The notes under the pieces were generated by a model that did not search any database, was not told where the DNA came from, and was given only the letters and a program-made list of their open reading frames with translations. A DNA stretch of 64,000 nt from Ramazzottius varieornatus (Eukaryota > Animalia > Tardigrada), in NCBI GenBank assembly GCA_001949185.1, contig BDGG01000006.1, positions 1,904,827 to 1,968,826 on the forward strand, in the 5' to 3' direction. Within the stretch, counting starts at the first letter, position 1; every line of letters begins with the position of its first letter. Positions 1 through 11,700 of this stretch are shown here, piece after piece. Both the position numbers and the translations under genes were made by a program.

Positions 1-50
1 GCACGCCTCCAGTGTAGCTGGCTGACAGAATGCGCCACTTGGAAAAAACT
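1..50. repeat. 49-bp palindromic element, copy cut by the window edge (in the probable INTS9 intron)
   Basis: GCAC at 1-4 is the tail of the left arm. Right arm TGCGCCACTTG ends at 41, followed by GAAAAA. Confidence 0.75.
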
Positions 51-100
51 AGCCTGATTGAGTTCGCCAGCTCTCAAGATTAATGAAGCGTGCTTCTACC

Positions 101-1147
101 GATCGGTGCGACGTGGGTTGTCAGCGTGGTAGAGTCCGACAAGTAGCAGATCTTTTCGTTGGGTGACTCGATCGTCCAGTTGCACGAGCCCATGGCGAAG
201 CCAGAGCTAAAGGCTGTGATGGTGATAGAGTTTTCTAGAGGGATGACTTGGCGGAAGTTGATGACTTCGATCTTCTTCAAGGAGGCCTCGAAGATTTCCA
301 TGGAGCATACTGCTTTCCACAGCGCTGGTCGGCATTGCTGGAATGCGGGCGGTAAGGAGGCGAAGTAGTCTCTGGACTTCCATCGTTCAGCGTGTGTCCC
401 TGTACTGTAAGTCTCCAAGTAGTGACTCAAATCCTGGAGACGAAAGAAAGAGGGTAATGAACCGTATCAGCGGAGGTAGAAGTGAACTTCCGGTGTGAGT
501 GTTAGAGATCAGGCATGTTTGACATGAACCCAACAGCCAGCGATACCGGGTTTCTATTCGGCGAGGCCAGAATGCATAATGGATAGAAACCAACGTAGAC
601 AGTACTTAGCGATCTGTCCGGCAAGCCTGGTTTCTACTTTAACAGCTCATTGTATCACCAATCAACCGAACCACGTTTGATTGTTCCTGCTTCAGCAATT
701 TCGACCATTTGCTCCGTTGCTCACCTGGAAGATGTCTTTGGCAAGCTGGATCGTAGGTGCCGTCGCGAATATCTTGCCGGTGAAGTTTTTGCCGTTGAGG
801 AGGTGAGGTAGTGCATATATTTGGGAGAAGTTGGACAGGAGAATGTAGTGGATGTCAGCTGGATCAACGTACTGGAACTGCGGCACTTCTCCTTGCAAGG
901 CACCGTTGATTAGCACACGTGCATCGTTCTCGAACAGCTCGTTAGGTTGATCGGTGTACCAAGACTTGGCTGGCTCCCATGGCTTGAGCTGGGAAAGTGT
1001 AGGAGTGAAGATCTGGGTGACGGGAAGGAATCTGAGAGAAGGCTGAAAATCCCAGGCGCAGTCCAGTAGGATGAACGTATCTCCGTACTGGAGGAAGAAG
1101 CAAGGCCGGTTGGGACTAGCTGACAGGGATCGGAGGGAGCTCTCCAT
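101..1147 (-). CDS. INTS9: Integrator complex subunit 9, 5' exons (gene continues off the left edge)
   Basis: Exon 1147-725 reads MESSLRSLSASPNRPCFFLQYGDTFILLDCAWD...ILLSNFSQIYALPHL...FTGKIFATAPTIQ. Exon 433-~101 reads ...ITAFSSGFAMGSCNWTIESPNEKICYLSDSTTLTTH. These match the inactive metallo-beta-lactamase N-terminus of INTS9 (LDCGLD, ILISNY, SSGYALGSSNW, SSLLTTHP). GT-AG intron at 724-434; a probable donor lies near 100. Confidence 0.88.
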
Positions 1148-3080
1148 GTTTTGGAGTGAGGATGTTCGATAAGACTGGTTGCTGGACACTGGAGAGGAAG
1201 ATCCGTGAAGATAATTGTTTATCAGTCAAGTTGAGTCAGCAGACTGATGCTATGGAACGCTCGATCAAGTGAATCAACCGGGAATACTCAATGGCCAAAC
1301 TACAGAGGGTGGTATCAAAATTCCAGGGTTCGACGTTGTAGCACAGTCTACCATCACCCTTTGTGATCCACCGGTAACCAACGGTATCGGACAGACCCCC
1401 TCTCGCACTCACAGAGTCACTATTGTTTTTCTGGCCTTCTTTCGGAATCTTTTCAGATCCATCATTCCATCTCGGTACAAACGTGCACTTTGTACTTTCA
1501 CGTTTGTACCGACACTATTCGCAGATAATTTCCTGCGTAGGTTTCCTCGAGGACAGGACTTGCCATGGGCGATGCAGATAACGAGATTCTGACCAGCAAC
1601 TTCATCGTGGCTGAGATGTGGCAACGTCTCCCCATATTTCTCAAAGATGAAATCTTTGGATACCTGAACGTTGAGCATGGAAACCGACTTAGCAGGTATT
1701 AGCGTGCTCTGTCCTTGCGATGTCCGTTTGTTCACCCTCGAATTTTCAGAGTTGCTACAGACTGGGAAGTGTCTTTGGCGCGACACGCGCCGTTCAACCG
1801 GGGATATGTTTTCTTCCAATGGCCTGAAAAGCCCTTCGAGCACTTTTGCTGGTGCGAGGACCAAATCGAACAATTCTTCTGGAAGAAGGAAGGTCTGAAG
1901 CTAAAGGAGGGTACGGTCAAGCATTTCGTCGTTCTGGACATGACAGCTACGCGATGCCTATACCACCGCGATGTCATCGGGGCAAAAATTAGTGGCCCTC
2001 TGCAGCCGATATCGACCATTACCTTCTACCGAAGTGAAATCTTTTCAGGGCTTCTGGAGAGAAGTGTCGAACGTTTATTGGAAAAGGCTTCAGAACGACT
2101 GCAGTTCTTTATAATACTAGAATGCTGCTTTATAATACTTATGGCACACTTCTGTCTGCCTAAAAACACATTTTCCGGCTAGACATACAGTCGTCCACCG
2201 CTTGAAAGAAAAACTGGTGTTTCGGGGCCTTGCATCCGTCGCGAACGCTGACTAAAGACCATGTCCAGATTATGAACTCGTTGCAGCACAAGCAGTACAA
2301 TTGGTGGATGTTGGGCGAAACATTGTCGGATTGCGCATTACTTTGGCCCTACCCAAAAGAGCAGCTACAATGGCTGGAGAAGGCCCTGGAGATGCTGATT
2401 CCTCTCACCCTGCTTTCCCACTGACGATCAGCAGGCATGTGCAGATTCTAGCGACGAGGTAATCTAGACCAAGGCTATTTATAGCTGAACTTCCAGAATA
2501 CATCTGTTTGCATGCGACTACGCACTCGCCACATGCTCAGTCAGTTGTAGCCTTCTTGCAGGAGGAAGTGGCTGAACCTCGAAGACGAAACCAAGTTTCC
2601 CAAAACGGAGCTGACCTTTTGCGGCAACCCGTTCAGCGTTCTGGACTGCGCCATCTCGGCCCGACCGCTCAGTTGTATCCGAAATACTCAGACCGCCCTA
2701 CGAGCTTCCAGACGACATGTAGTTACTAAGCGCGCATGACGTCTAATGCCCCACTTCTGGCCAGGTTCTGCAAGGTTATCATTAAACTTGAGATCAGCCT
2801 TTTACCTACGTCGAAGAAAAACGAGGAACGTTGTGTACGGCGTCAGTTCATGTTTTATAGAAGTGTACTGATGTCAGTTGCGCATTTTATGCCCAATTTA
2901 TGTATCACATGAATAACAACTCTATGTAAGGTCTGCTCCTCTACACTCTTTCAAAGGAAAGTAACAACAAAAATGTCGGCGAGCAGAAAAAGTCAAAAGC
3001 AACGCTCAACAATTTGGCCAAAAGTAACGCTCATTCTCAGGGGTTTGCTCAGTGAGAAAGAAAACGAATGAACCAAAAAC

Positions 3081-6000
3081 CTAGCATTCGCTAAATGGCA
3101 CTGGTCCTTGAGCCACACATCCTTGTGCACTTTTGGCCATCATGGCATTCATCGGCAGTCTGCGCACCATCTGCGATCCATCTCGCAGACTGGTCAGTCC
3201 AAAGGCGTTGTAGTTTCCTCCGCTATTCCCATCCAGCATGGTGTTGACGTAAGGACCGGTCTCCGCCAAGGCGTTGCTGAAGATGACTGGCTGGTTCTTG
3301 GCTGCTTGTCTCAGCTTGGCATGGGCGTTGGGCTTGGCCAGGGAACGGAAGGCCGAACGGACTTCACAGTGGCGCTGACAATGCTGTATATTCATCGTGT
3401 TGTTTGGTCCAAGTGACTTGATCAAAGGCTTCTGCTCCAAACTATGAAAGACTGGCACGACTCTCCCCTCTTCATCCACCGTCACGGTGGTCAAATGATG
3501 ACACCGATCGTCGTCGGTACTGACATCGGACCCCGTTCGATGATACACCGAAGTGTTGGACTCGTCTGAGGCATCGCTGTACGGACACTGTTCGTCCATA
3601 CAGGCGTGCTGTGACTCGATCTCGGCGTAGATGTGCTCGACGTCCCCGTAGTACAGTCGAGCGTTGCGGGACTGAAGGCGGGGATTGTAGATGGCGTGAG
3701 GGCACATGGACTTGCGGACGAAGGAGGGAGGGTACAGGGTGCGCTGCTGAATGTGGGTAGGGTGCATGGGAGGCGAGTCGGCGGAAGGGCAGGAAGCGGA
3801 CTCATGGCCGGAGTCACGGTTGGAGGAACGCGAGGAAGTCTTCTCGATGGTGGCTGTGGGATGTTGAGCGTGGAGAGGGTAGTCGTGATGCTCGCAGGTA
3901 CACTGGGGAACAGGTGGGGAGTGAGGAGGAAGCGTGCTTGTGACTGTGCTGTGACGCGAAACGTCGGTGGGGTGAGTCAGCTGTGTATGCCAGTAGGCCG
4001 GATAGTTCGTGATATACTGCAATAAAAGAAGAATTTTCAGTCAACAGAAGGAAACAAGTTTAGTATCCCATCTCACAATGGTGATAGCTTCTGGATCTAA
4101 ATTGACGGTGTTCAGTTATTGATCTTCGGGTCCGAATTCCCACTGACGTTTTTCCTACGCTTAATTTACCTGTTGTTCTTTATCCAGCGGCGGTGCTGAC
4201 TGGTAAAAGCTAGGCCCATCAGTGGAAGGACCATTATTGGCAGAGTACACAGAATGTGAGCGACTGCAAAAACATCGGCTGAGGCGCTCCGCCAAGCTTG
4301 CGGTCAGTTGTCGCATGGCGGTTCGAACCTGGAAAGAAAAACAGAATTTTTTTAACGAACTATCGGGCAGGGTGAAAAGCCGCATCGGACAACGAAACCA
4401 ACGACTGCCTTACCTGATCGTTTTTAAAGCAGACCAGGAAGAAAATCAGCACGCCTTGGAAGCTATTCAAGAAGGTGAAGACATAGGCAAAGATGACGGT
4501 CTCCAAATTTCCCAGGTACATAAAGCCAAAGATCCACGTAATGGCCATCACGAAGACCAAGCCAAACGCTCCACAGATCCACATCTTCAACTGTTTGTAG
4601 GTCGCCGGGTCCCGCGCATGCAGCGCACTCTTCAGGCCGATACTTCTGCACATGAAGTAGAGCGCCACTGACAGGAAGAAGAGGTTGGCGATGACGATCA
4701 GCCCGACTGGAATGACAAAGCCCAAAATGAAGTAATTGTCCGCTCTCAACCAGCAATATTCGGCGGTGGCGTAGGATGTCCAGTCGACACCGAGACAGAC
4801 AGCGACAATGATGAGTGGAACACCATAACCGGCCAGGTAGTACCACAAGCGGCGAGACTTCTCGGCTTCGAAGACCTCGACCGGGAGTAGGTACAGGTGG
4901 ATTCCGTCGAAAAGACACCACAGGAAGGTGGCCAGAAAGAAGTAGTGCATGAAGGCCGAGAAGATGTGGCAGCCGACGGGCAGGTGGGTTTGTGTGATAC
5001 CGGCAAGAAAGAAGACTTCGGCGGCCAGGAGGGAGAAGGCAAGGTTCTTGTGGATCGTACTTCTTTCAGTCTGGAGGCTTCTGCAAAACAACCAATGAGA
5101 ACAAAGAACGAAAAAAGTTTTATCTATTTAGAAATTTAAAAGATGGTTTAACATACCGAATTGACCAAAGTATGATGAGCGTTAGGAAAAGACAGATGAT
5201 GGAAATTGAGCAGCCGATAAGAGTGATATTGGTCAAGGAGGAGCTGTAGACGGGCGTTCCGGGGACATTCACCAGCACTGGAAAATCGAGTATGTTAAAT
5301 CACATTGGAAAAAAATTTCTGAAAGAATGGACATTAAAGCCGGCAAAAGATGTGGCTTACCAGCAAAGCTGGTCAGGTGGCTGCAATTGCACACAGTCTG
5401 ATCGGCATTCTGGCTAATGCCTTCACATCCCTCGGTGCTCCACCGCCCGACAAACGTCTTGTCCTTCTTGTTCACACCATGTTCCCAGAAAGCACAGACG
5501 CCCTTTTGACCAGGTAACATCGGCCTTGTGTGTTCCAGTGTGATAATGACATTCTCCTTCAACGTCCCCTTGTGCTGTCCATTGTTCAACGAGGCCGTAA
5601 TGACTTTGGAGTTGACGGTAAATTCTCCGTTGAAGATCTTCTTGTTGGGTACTTCAGAGGATAAGTAGTCACCGGCGTTGTTGAAGGAGAGAAAGACGAC
5701 TTTGACAATGTTGTCCTTACTGTATTGCTGGAGAGTAGCCGCAGGGAACTCGATGTTGGACTTCGATATTCTTTCCTTGGAGAACTGTTCCTCGTTGACG
5801 GGAAAGCGGTAGCTCTGCGCGAGGGTCTTGGTCTGCAGCTTACCGGCGCCCATGACGATATTCCGATCGGAGCTGGTCAGGATGGTCCCAACTGGCACAT
5901 TCTCTGCCAGCATGAAAGCCTGGAGAAAGCACAACGATTAATTCCCACGACACAGAATTTGCAATCGATAGTTTGTCACTTTGTGAGAGCCCAACGGGAT

Positions 6001-8732
6001 TGCTAAAAGGGATACTCAAGCTGTGGATATACATATTCAAGGCCTTTTTTCTACGTAGAGCTGACACTGCAAATGACATTATGTAACAGTGAGAATTTTT
6101 ACCGTTGTTTCCAGAGAATCCAGAAGGTTGGTGGCAGTTTGGGCTTTTGCATCGACGCCCAGTTCTTCCCAGGACGCGTTGTGCCTCACATCCAAAAGGT
6201 TACTTCCGGCTTTCAGGACGTTCTCTCCCAGCTTCTGCACCGACACATCTTGTTCCTCATCGTCTGACGTTCTTACCAGTCCTTTGCTCCCTCTACTGAC
6301 CAACTTGCCAATGATTTCCACGGCGTTGACCATATCCCATCCAGAACTGAAGGTCTCTTTCGCGGTCTGCTTGGCAAAGTTCTCGGCCACCTTCTCGGGC
6401 GGCATATCCGACCCAGCTTCTCTCCTGAGCCCATCAATCCATTGCGAGGTGCACTGACTGAGGTCAGGTAAACCTCTCCACTGTGGCGGGCTTTGATCAT
6501 CGCATGACCATTCAGCGTAGCTCTTGGACTCACGCGGGCACATTTCGAAGGCAGTTGCTCCCTTGGGCGTCTTGGGCCACATGATGTTGTTACGGAGGAC
6601 CGGTGGACAGAACTCAGTGACCTGGTTGGGCGAGCTTTGTTTCGATTGGACCGGTTGGTGACGAGCTCGTGTCTGGAGGGGTTTTATGGTGGCTTCGTCA
6701 GAGGTGGAAGAAGCGATGAGGTACTCTTCGGTCACCGGATCGAAGGGGAGAGTAGCAGTGGTGGTACTTGTCGACGAGGAAGTGGTGGTCGGAGTCGTGG
6801 TTGTGGTCGAAGTAGTCGTGGTTGACGTGGTCGTGGTTGGGGTCGTGGTAGTTACCGCGAAGACTCGACTCTGAAAGACGGAAGGAAGGGACGTTGCTGG
6901 GAGGAGACTCTGAGGTTCCGGGATGGTCGTTTGGGACTCTGAGAAAAGGAGCAAAATGAATTATGACTTGGCTTAGATATGAAAGCCGTCGGCAAACGAT
7001 TCATCCACATAGTCTTCCCAAGTGGCGAAAACTCTTGGTGTTATTGGTTGGAAGCGTGAAGTGAAAGAAAGGCTGTAAGTGGCGCACGATTTCAGCCAAC
7101 AACACTGGAGACCTGCGTTGATTGAAACACCCGGTCTGGGTGGAACATTTTCCGGCGTTTCAGTTTTACCGAGCAATATTTTTGCGGATAGGACTTACCG
7201 GAAGTACATTCGTAATGGACTTCCAAGTATTTGTCCGTGCCAGGACACGGGTCATCGCCAAAGGTTTTGTCAGCAACGTCTACCGAACACGATGCTTTCT
7301 CCGCACATCTACAAATCCCCAAAGACAGACGGATTAGTACAAATCGCGTTAACCACCATCTTATACAGCCTAGACTGGAACCATAACACCAACCTTTCAA
7401 TCAAGACTTGGGTGGAAGTGGCCGACATGCATTTTGTTGACCAGCCGACAACTCCGTTGGGATTACAGAGGGCGATGCTGAAACGGCCATAATTGGCTCG
7501 TAAGACGCGGATCCGCTGATTCTGTCCATCACTACTTCCACCACAACTTATCTTCAGCGTCTGGCCTTCACATGCATACGTCTCCCGTTTGTGCGACTTG
7601 CCTGTAAACACGCAAAAAGGGATATTATGACAGGGGAGAAACACTTTATTCCCTTAATGCCATGTCAACACTGTCCGATCAAATTATCACTTCCAACAAC
7701 CGTCCACAATCGGGATAACCTCCGAATTTCTGACAGTTGATTGCCTTGATTAAGCTTGTATTAGAAACGAAACGTAGGCAAGCGGACTGAACCAGTGGCG
7801 CCCATTTTTACCTCAAGTGGCGCACAATCTCGTTGTCACTGCATGTGGGGGTGCGCCACCTGGGAAAACGATCTGGTTCAAAATGGTGGGGATATTTCAG
7901 CTTGAACTTATCTCGATATCAGTGATGTTTTGCGGTCGCATGCCTCAAAGCGTAGCTGAACTAACGTCACTTCAGTCAATAAATAGGGGCATTTCATGAC
8001 GAGTGAACTTTGCTCATCGCTATCCGCAGCTCTCCCCCCGATTATTTCACGGTCTTTACCAAGATGAGAGGAATGTTTTTCATGGCTACACAGTAAATCA
8101 GCCGAAAGGCTCAGATGGAAACATCGTCCGAAAACGAAACAGTGTTTTATCTGTTGATTTTGTCTCAACGATGTTTTCACGTTTGTCTGGTCGATAACAG
8201 CTTGTGTAATTTCACCACCAATAACAATACCGTACTTCCTTGCTCGAACCAGATTGCTAAACTGAGCGCGTTTCATGTGTATCGAACTCATGGAAAAATC
8301 AGATTCCGGCAGGTTGTTGGCAGATTCTGTTTCAGCCGACACGGTAGAAAGAAGTGTTCAATATGAATGCAGTCATTCATACCAATTAATCCTTGTCAAG
8401 CTTTGGCGTTTGAGCGGAATATGACATGACACGACGGTCAGATTTTTATTAGGGCCATTAAAGTAACAATTTTTTTCCGTAGCTTCGTTCATTCGGTCGG
8501 ATCTTTCCGAGCCACGGTTGCGGCCATCGCGCACAACAAGGCGCTGACGGTCACAAAGAACCCAGTAATTTGTTGTGCGGTGCAGCGCTAACGACGTTAG
8601 CATCCACATGCCGGTCCACGTCATGTACAACGTACCCGCTGTGTGTTGTGAAAGAACGACGGTGACGAGTCCGAGGAAGAAGAAGGAGCTCGCTAATATC
8701 CGCTTGATTGACATGATGAGATGGGTCTTCAT
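3081..8732 (-). CDS. Cirl: Latrophilin / Cirl adhesion GPCR (ADGRL family)
   Basis: Exons: 8732-8636 (signal peptide [28 protein letters not shown]); 7601-7394 and 7308-7199 (SUEL/rhamnose-binding lectin, ACEG...ANYGR...[19 protein letters not shown]); 6938-6103 (Thr-rich stalk and HormR, WPKT...CP...PDLSQC); 5919-5361 (GAIN/GPS, CAFW...WSTEGC...[10 protein letters not shown]); 5277-5157 and 5080-4414 (7TM, IHKNL...CWL); 4328-4170 and 4016-3081 (cytoplasmic tail). All introns GT-AG and in phase. No olfactomedin domain, as in invertebrate latrophilins. Confidence 0.95.
7011..7124. repeat. Two head-to-head copies of the 49-bp palindromic element in latrophilin intron 7198-6939
   Basis: CAAGTGGCGAA at 7019 (second arm lost). 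TAAGTGGCGCA-cgatttcagccaacaacactggagacc-TGCGTTGATTG at 7076-7124. Confidence 0.7.
7814..7873. repeat. 49-bp palindromic element in latrophilin intron 8635-7602
   Basis: CAAGTGGCGCAC...GTGCGCCACCTG at 7814-7862, followed by GGAAAACGATCT. Confidence 0.8.
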
Positions 8733-11700
8733 GAAGAGACGCAAGGAGACTGCTCCACTTTGCGCGCTACGACCACGTCCGTTGCATCATCTGTAAAACA
8801 GAAAAATGACAGGTTAATCACAGCCATTATGTCCATGTCGTCAAACTTAACACCCAAAATTAACCCACAGACGAGAGAAAAAAGTCGAGAAACTTAAAAC
8901 CGCGACCACGTCGCATCGTTAGTTTTCCACGCTTTAAAACGTCATGTCCGTTCTTCGTCATGACCAACTTGCATGGTATACGGGCGATGTTGTTCGCACC
9001 GAAAACGCCCAGTTACGTACTGCTAAGGTACGGCTCACCATGGAAGTTGCACCGGCTTGAGAAACTTGAGCTCGAAAAGTATTCCAATTATCTTTTTACT
9101 TTGTCCGATCGAACTCGAGAAGATCTTGAGAAAGAATTGGGTCTAGTTTACGCATCTGAGCTACGAACTATGGATCAAGAGCCTTTGTGCAAGAGTTCCA
9201 ATCAAAGAGTGACACGATTCGCGACACCTGTGCTTTTTTCACGGTCTTCACGACAGAAGAAAGAAAGACAAGTCGAAAATTTATTTCCTGCTTCAAGAGC
9301 GTTCGTCGAAGTGCGATAAAGCTGGTCAATATCAAAGAAAAGCAATTTATCAGCACGATTGCCCGCTCGAAGACAATATCAAAGAAAAAACAAACACATG
9401 TTCGGGCTGCTGCTGTTTCTGCATGCACTTGACGCTGTACACCGTCATCCGTCATGGTCAGCCGCTACAAAAAGCGCTCTTCGTCTTCCTCACGAAGTAC
9501 ACGGCAATGGCTCTATAGCTCGATATCTCGAACAGTATGCCATGGCCCAGCCGGCCTCAGCCATTATTAATCGCCCATCACAAGGTGATCAAGAGATCCG
9601 GCAAATTACCTACTGTCCTGTCGTTCCATCACCGGTTCATTACGCCACCAAGCAATCTGCCCGACATCACAGCAAGCGAGAAAAGTGCTTAATCATCCTC
9701 AAGAGCAAGCCGAGGCATTACAAGAAGGCGAAGGATGCCAGATTAATTTTCAGGAATCCATCCAATATCCAACAGCACAGGTATCAAACATCCAAGCTCA
9801 CGAAAGGTCGCATGAATCAAACAAAATTTCAGACTATGCTCCGGATGGTACAGAAAGATGGAATGCAGATCCTGCTGTGGCAGCACTTTGCGCAGCGTCC
9901 ACGTTCATTGCCTTTCCTGGCTATTCTCTAAACAAACGAGCATTTTTAGCCGGCCATGGTTCGCCAGTATGCCAGGGTGTGTGCAATGCAAATGGATGGA
10001 CGCGAACTAAAATCAACAAAATGTGCACTTTTTTGGGTCAGACTGAATAGACAACTGGAGGTGCTATTTATGATCATCATCAAGGATAAATAACCAAGCG
10101 TTCAATGATTGATAAAAGGCCCAATTTTCCATAGCAGCAGCTATACTCCCAAGCACTTTGCGGTGCTTTGCTCCGAACCAACATGAGAACGCGCTGAATA
10201 CCTCGTCTAAAATCATAGATCGCTTCACATGCGAACTACCCCGACATCTTCACCACCGCCAAATGACGGATTGTATCTGATACACCGGTGTGTACATAAC
10301 GGTCAACCGCGGAAATTTACGACCAAGCAAAAGAAAACCCATAATAATCCACCGAGAAAAAAATGTGTCAGTGCAGCCATAAAAAACCCCACACCTGTAT
10401 TAGCGCCCACTTCGCAGTGACGTCATCATTCTGTCATGCGGTCAGCTGGAGTTGACTAAATTCGAAAATACGTACAGCTCAACTTAAAATTCGCAAAGCC
10501 ACCAAACCGGCCCGAATAGATTTTCGACGAGCAACAATTTCCGGAACCAACTAGCAATAGTATTTTGACTGACTTCTTATTTGCAGGAAACGCACATACG
10601 CCCTTCTTCCACGTTGTGCTCAAGCTTGGATTTCTACACTGAATGATCGTGGTCGACAGATCGGTAAAGGAGGGAGATCAAAAGGATCTACAGACACCCA
10701 GGGAAACGGGAACAATGGCCAAATGCAGGCTCATTATGCGCCGGTCTTTGAGTTGAGACAATTCGCTTCCACGGCGGATGATCCGCAATTGTCTACGGCC
10801 AAGCAGCCAGCCTAAAAATTCATTATGGAAATGTGAGAAGGGAAAAATGAAGAGGCTCAAGTCAGGACACTGGGCTGGAGATTCTTTAGTTCCTTTTCAT
10901 AGTCTAACAGCAGCTCATTTCCATAGGAGTGTCTTAGAGGATAATTCCTGGACCAAAGGCCGAAGAAAGGAAAGCTGGTCGGCTAGATACGGATACACTA
11001 CATTCCCCCTCTTACTTAATTCCTCGTTTGCGCATTCATATCGATACGACGTCCAGCAACGTCTCAATTGAAACAAAAGACACGACGTTCACAGCATTTA
11101 ATACAGATAAAATTGCACCGCCTGCTGGTAGTTGCTCAAACAATCGGACACTCTGAGGCCATTACCACAATGCGCCCACCATCCATGCCATACCTCGCAT
11201 TGCGAAGGCCCTTCTCACCTTACCCCCGTCCTACACCTGCGCTAAACGGCCATCGACATAGTTATCCCGTATCCTCTTACTCCTCCAGGGTGAAATTGCA
11301 AAAGAATGAAGCGAAGTCAAGCTGCTCATAGGAAACTGGTCGGAAACAGCGAGGAACCGTTGCCATTACGAGCCTACGTAGCAAGCACATGAGACTCGCG
11401 CTCTGTGACCAGTATCCAGTGGTGTACGGGTACTTACCGTAGGGATTTACCAAACCCGCGCTTTTCCACAGCGTCAGTGACTGGTATAAAACCAAATGGA
11501 ATGGACCTGTTGGTAGAAAGAACGAAGAACCAACTAACGAGCAAATTTTTGGACTTCGAGATGGAGAGGTTCCAAATACAGCCGTTGAAATTGACAGATT
11601 TGCCCCTTCTCACCGGGGCAGATTTGGCAAACAAATAAAAGAGTAATCCGCACAGCTGTAGGGAATGGTCGGGAGTACTAGGAGTGATGGACGACGATTC

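Noticed and set aside
1269-2729. Several 60-155 aa ORFs on both strands between INTS9 and the latrophilin 3' end
   Set aside because: No recognisable domain and no consistent splice model. The minus frame upstream of 1873 has stops. It could be a decayed gene, but I cannot support a call.
3108-6874. Plus-strand ORFs overlapping latrophilin, including the Val-rich 6686-6874
   Set aside because: Antisense shadows of latrophilin exons; the poly-Val mirrors the Thr-rich stalk.
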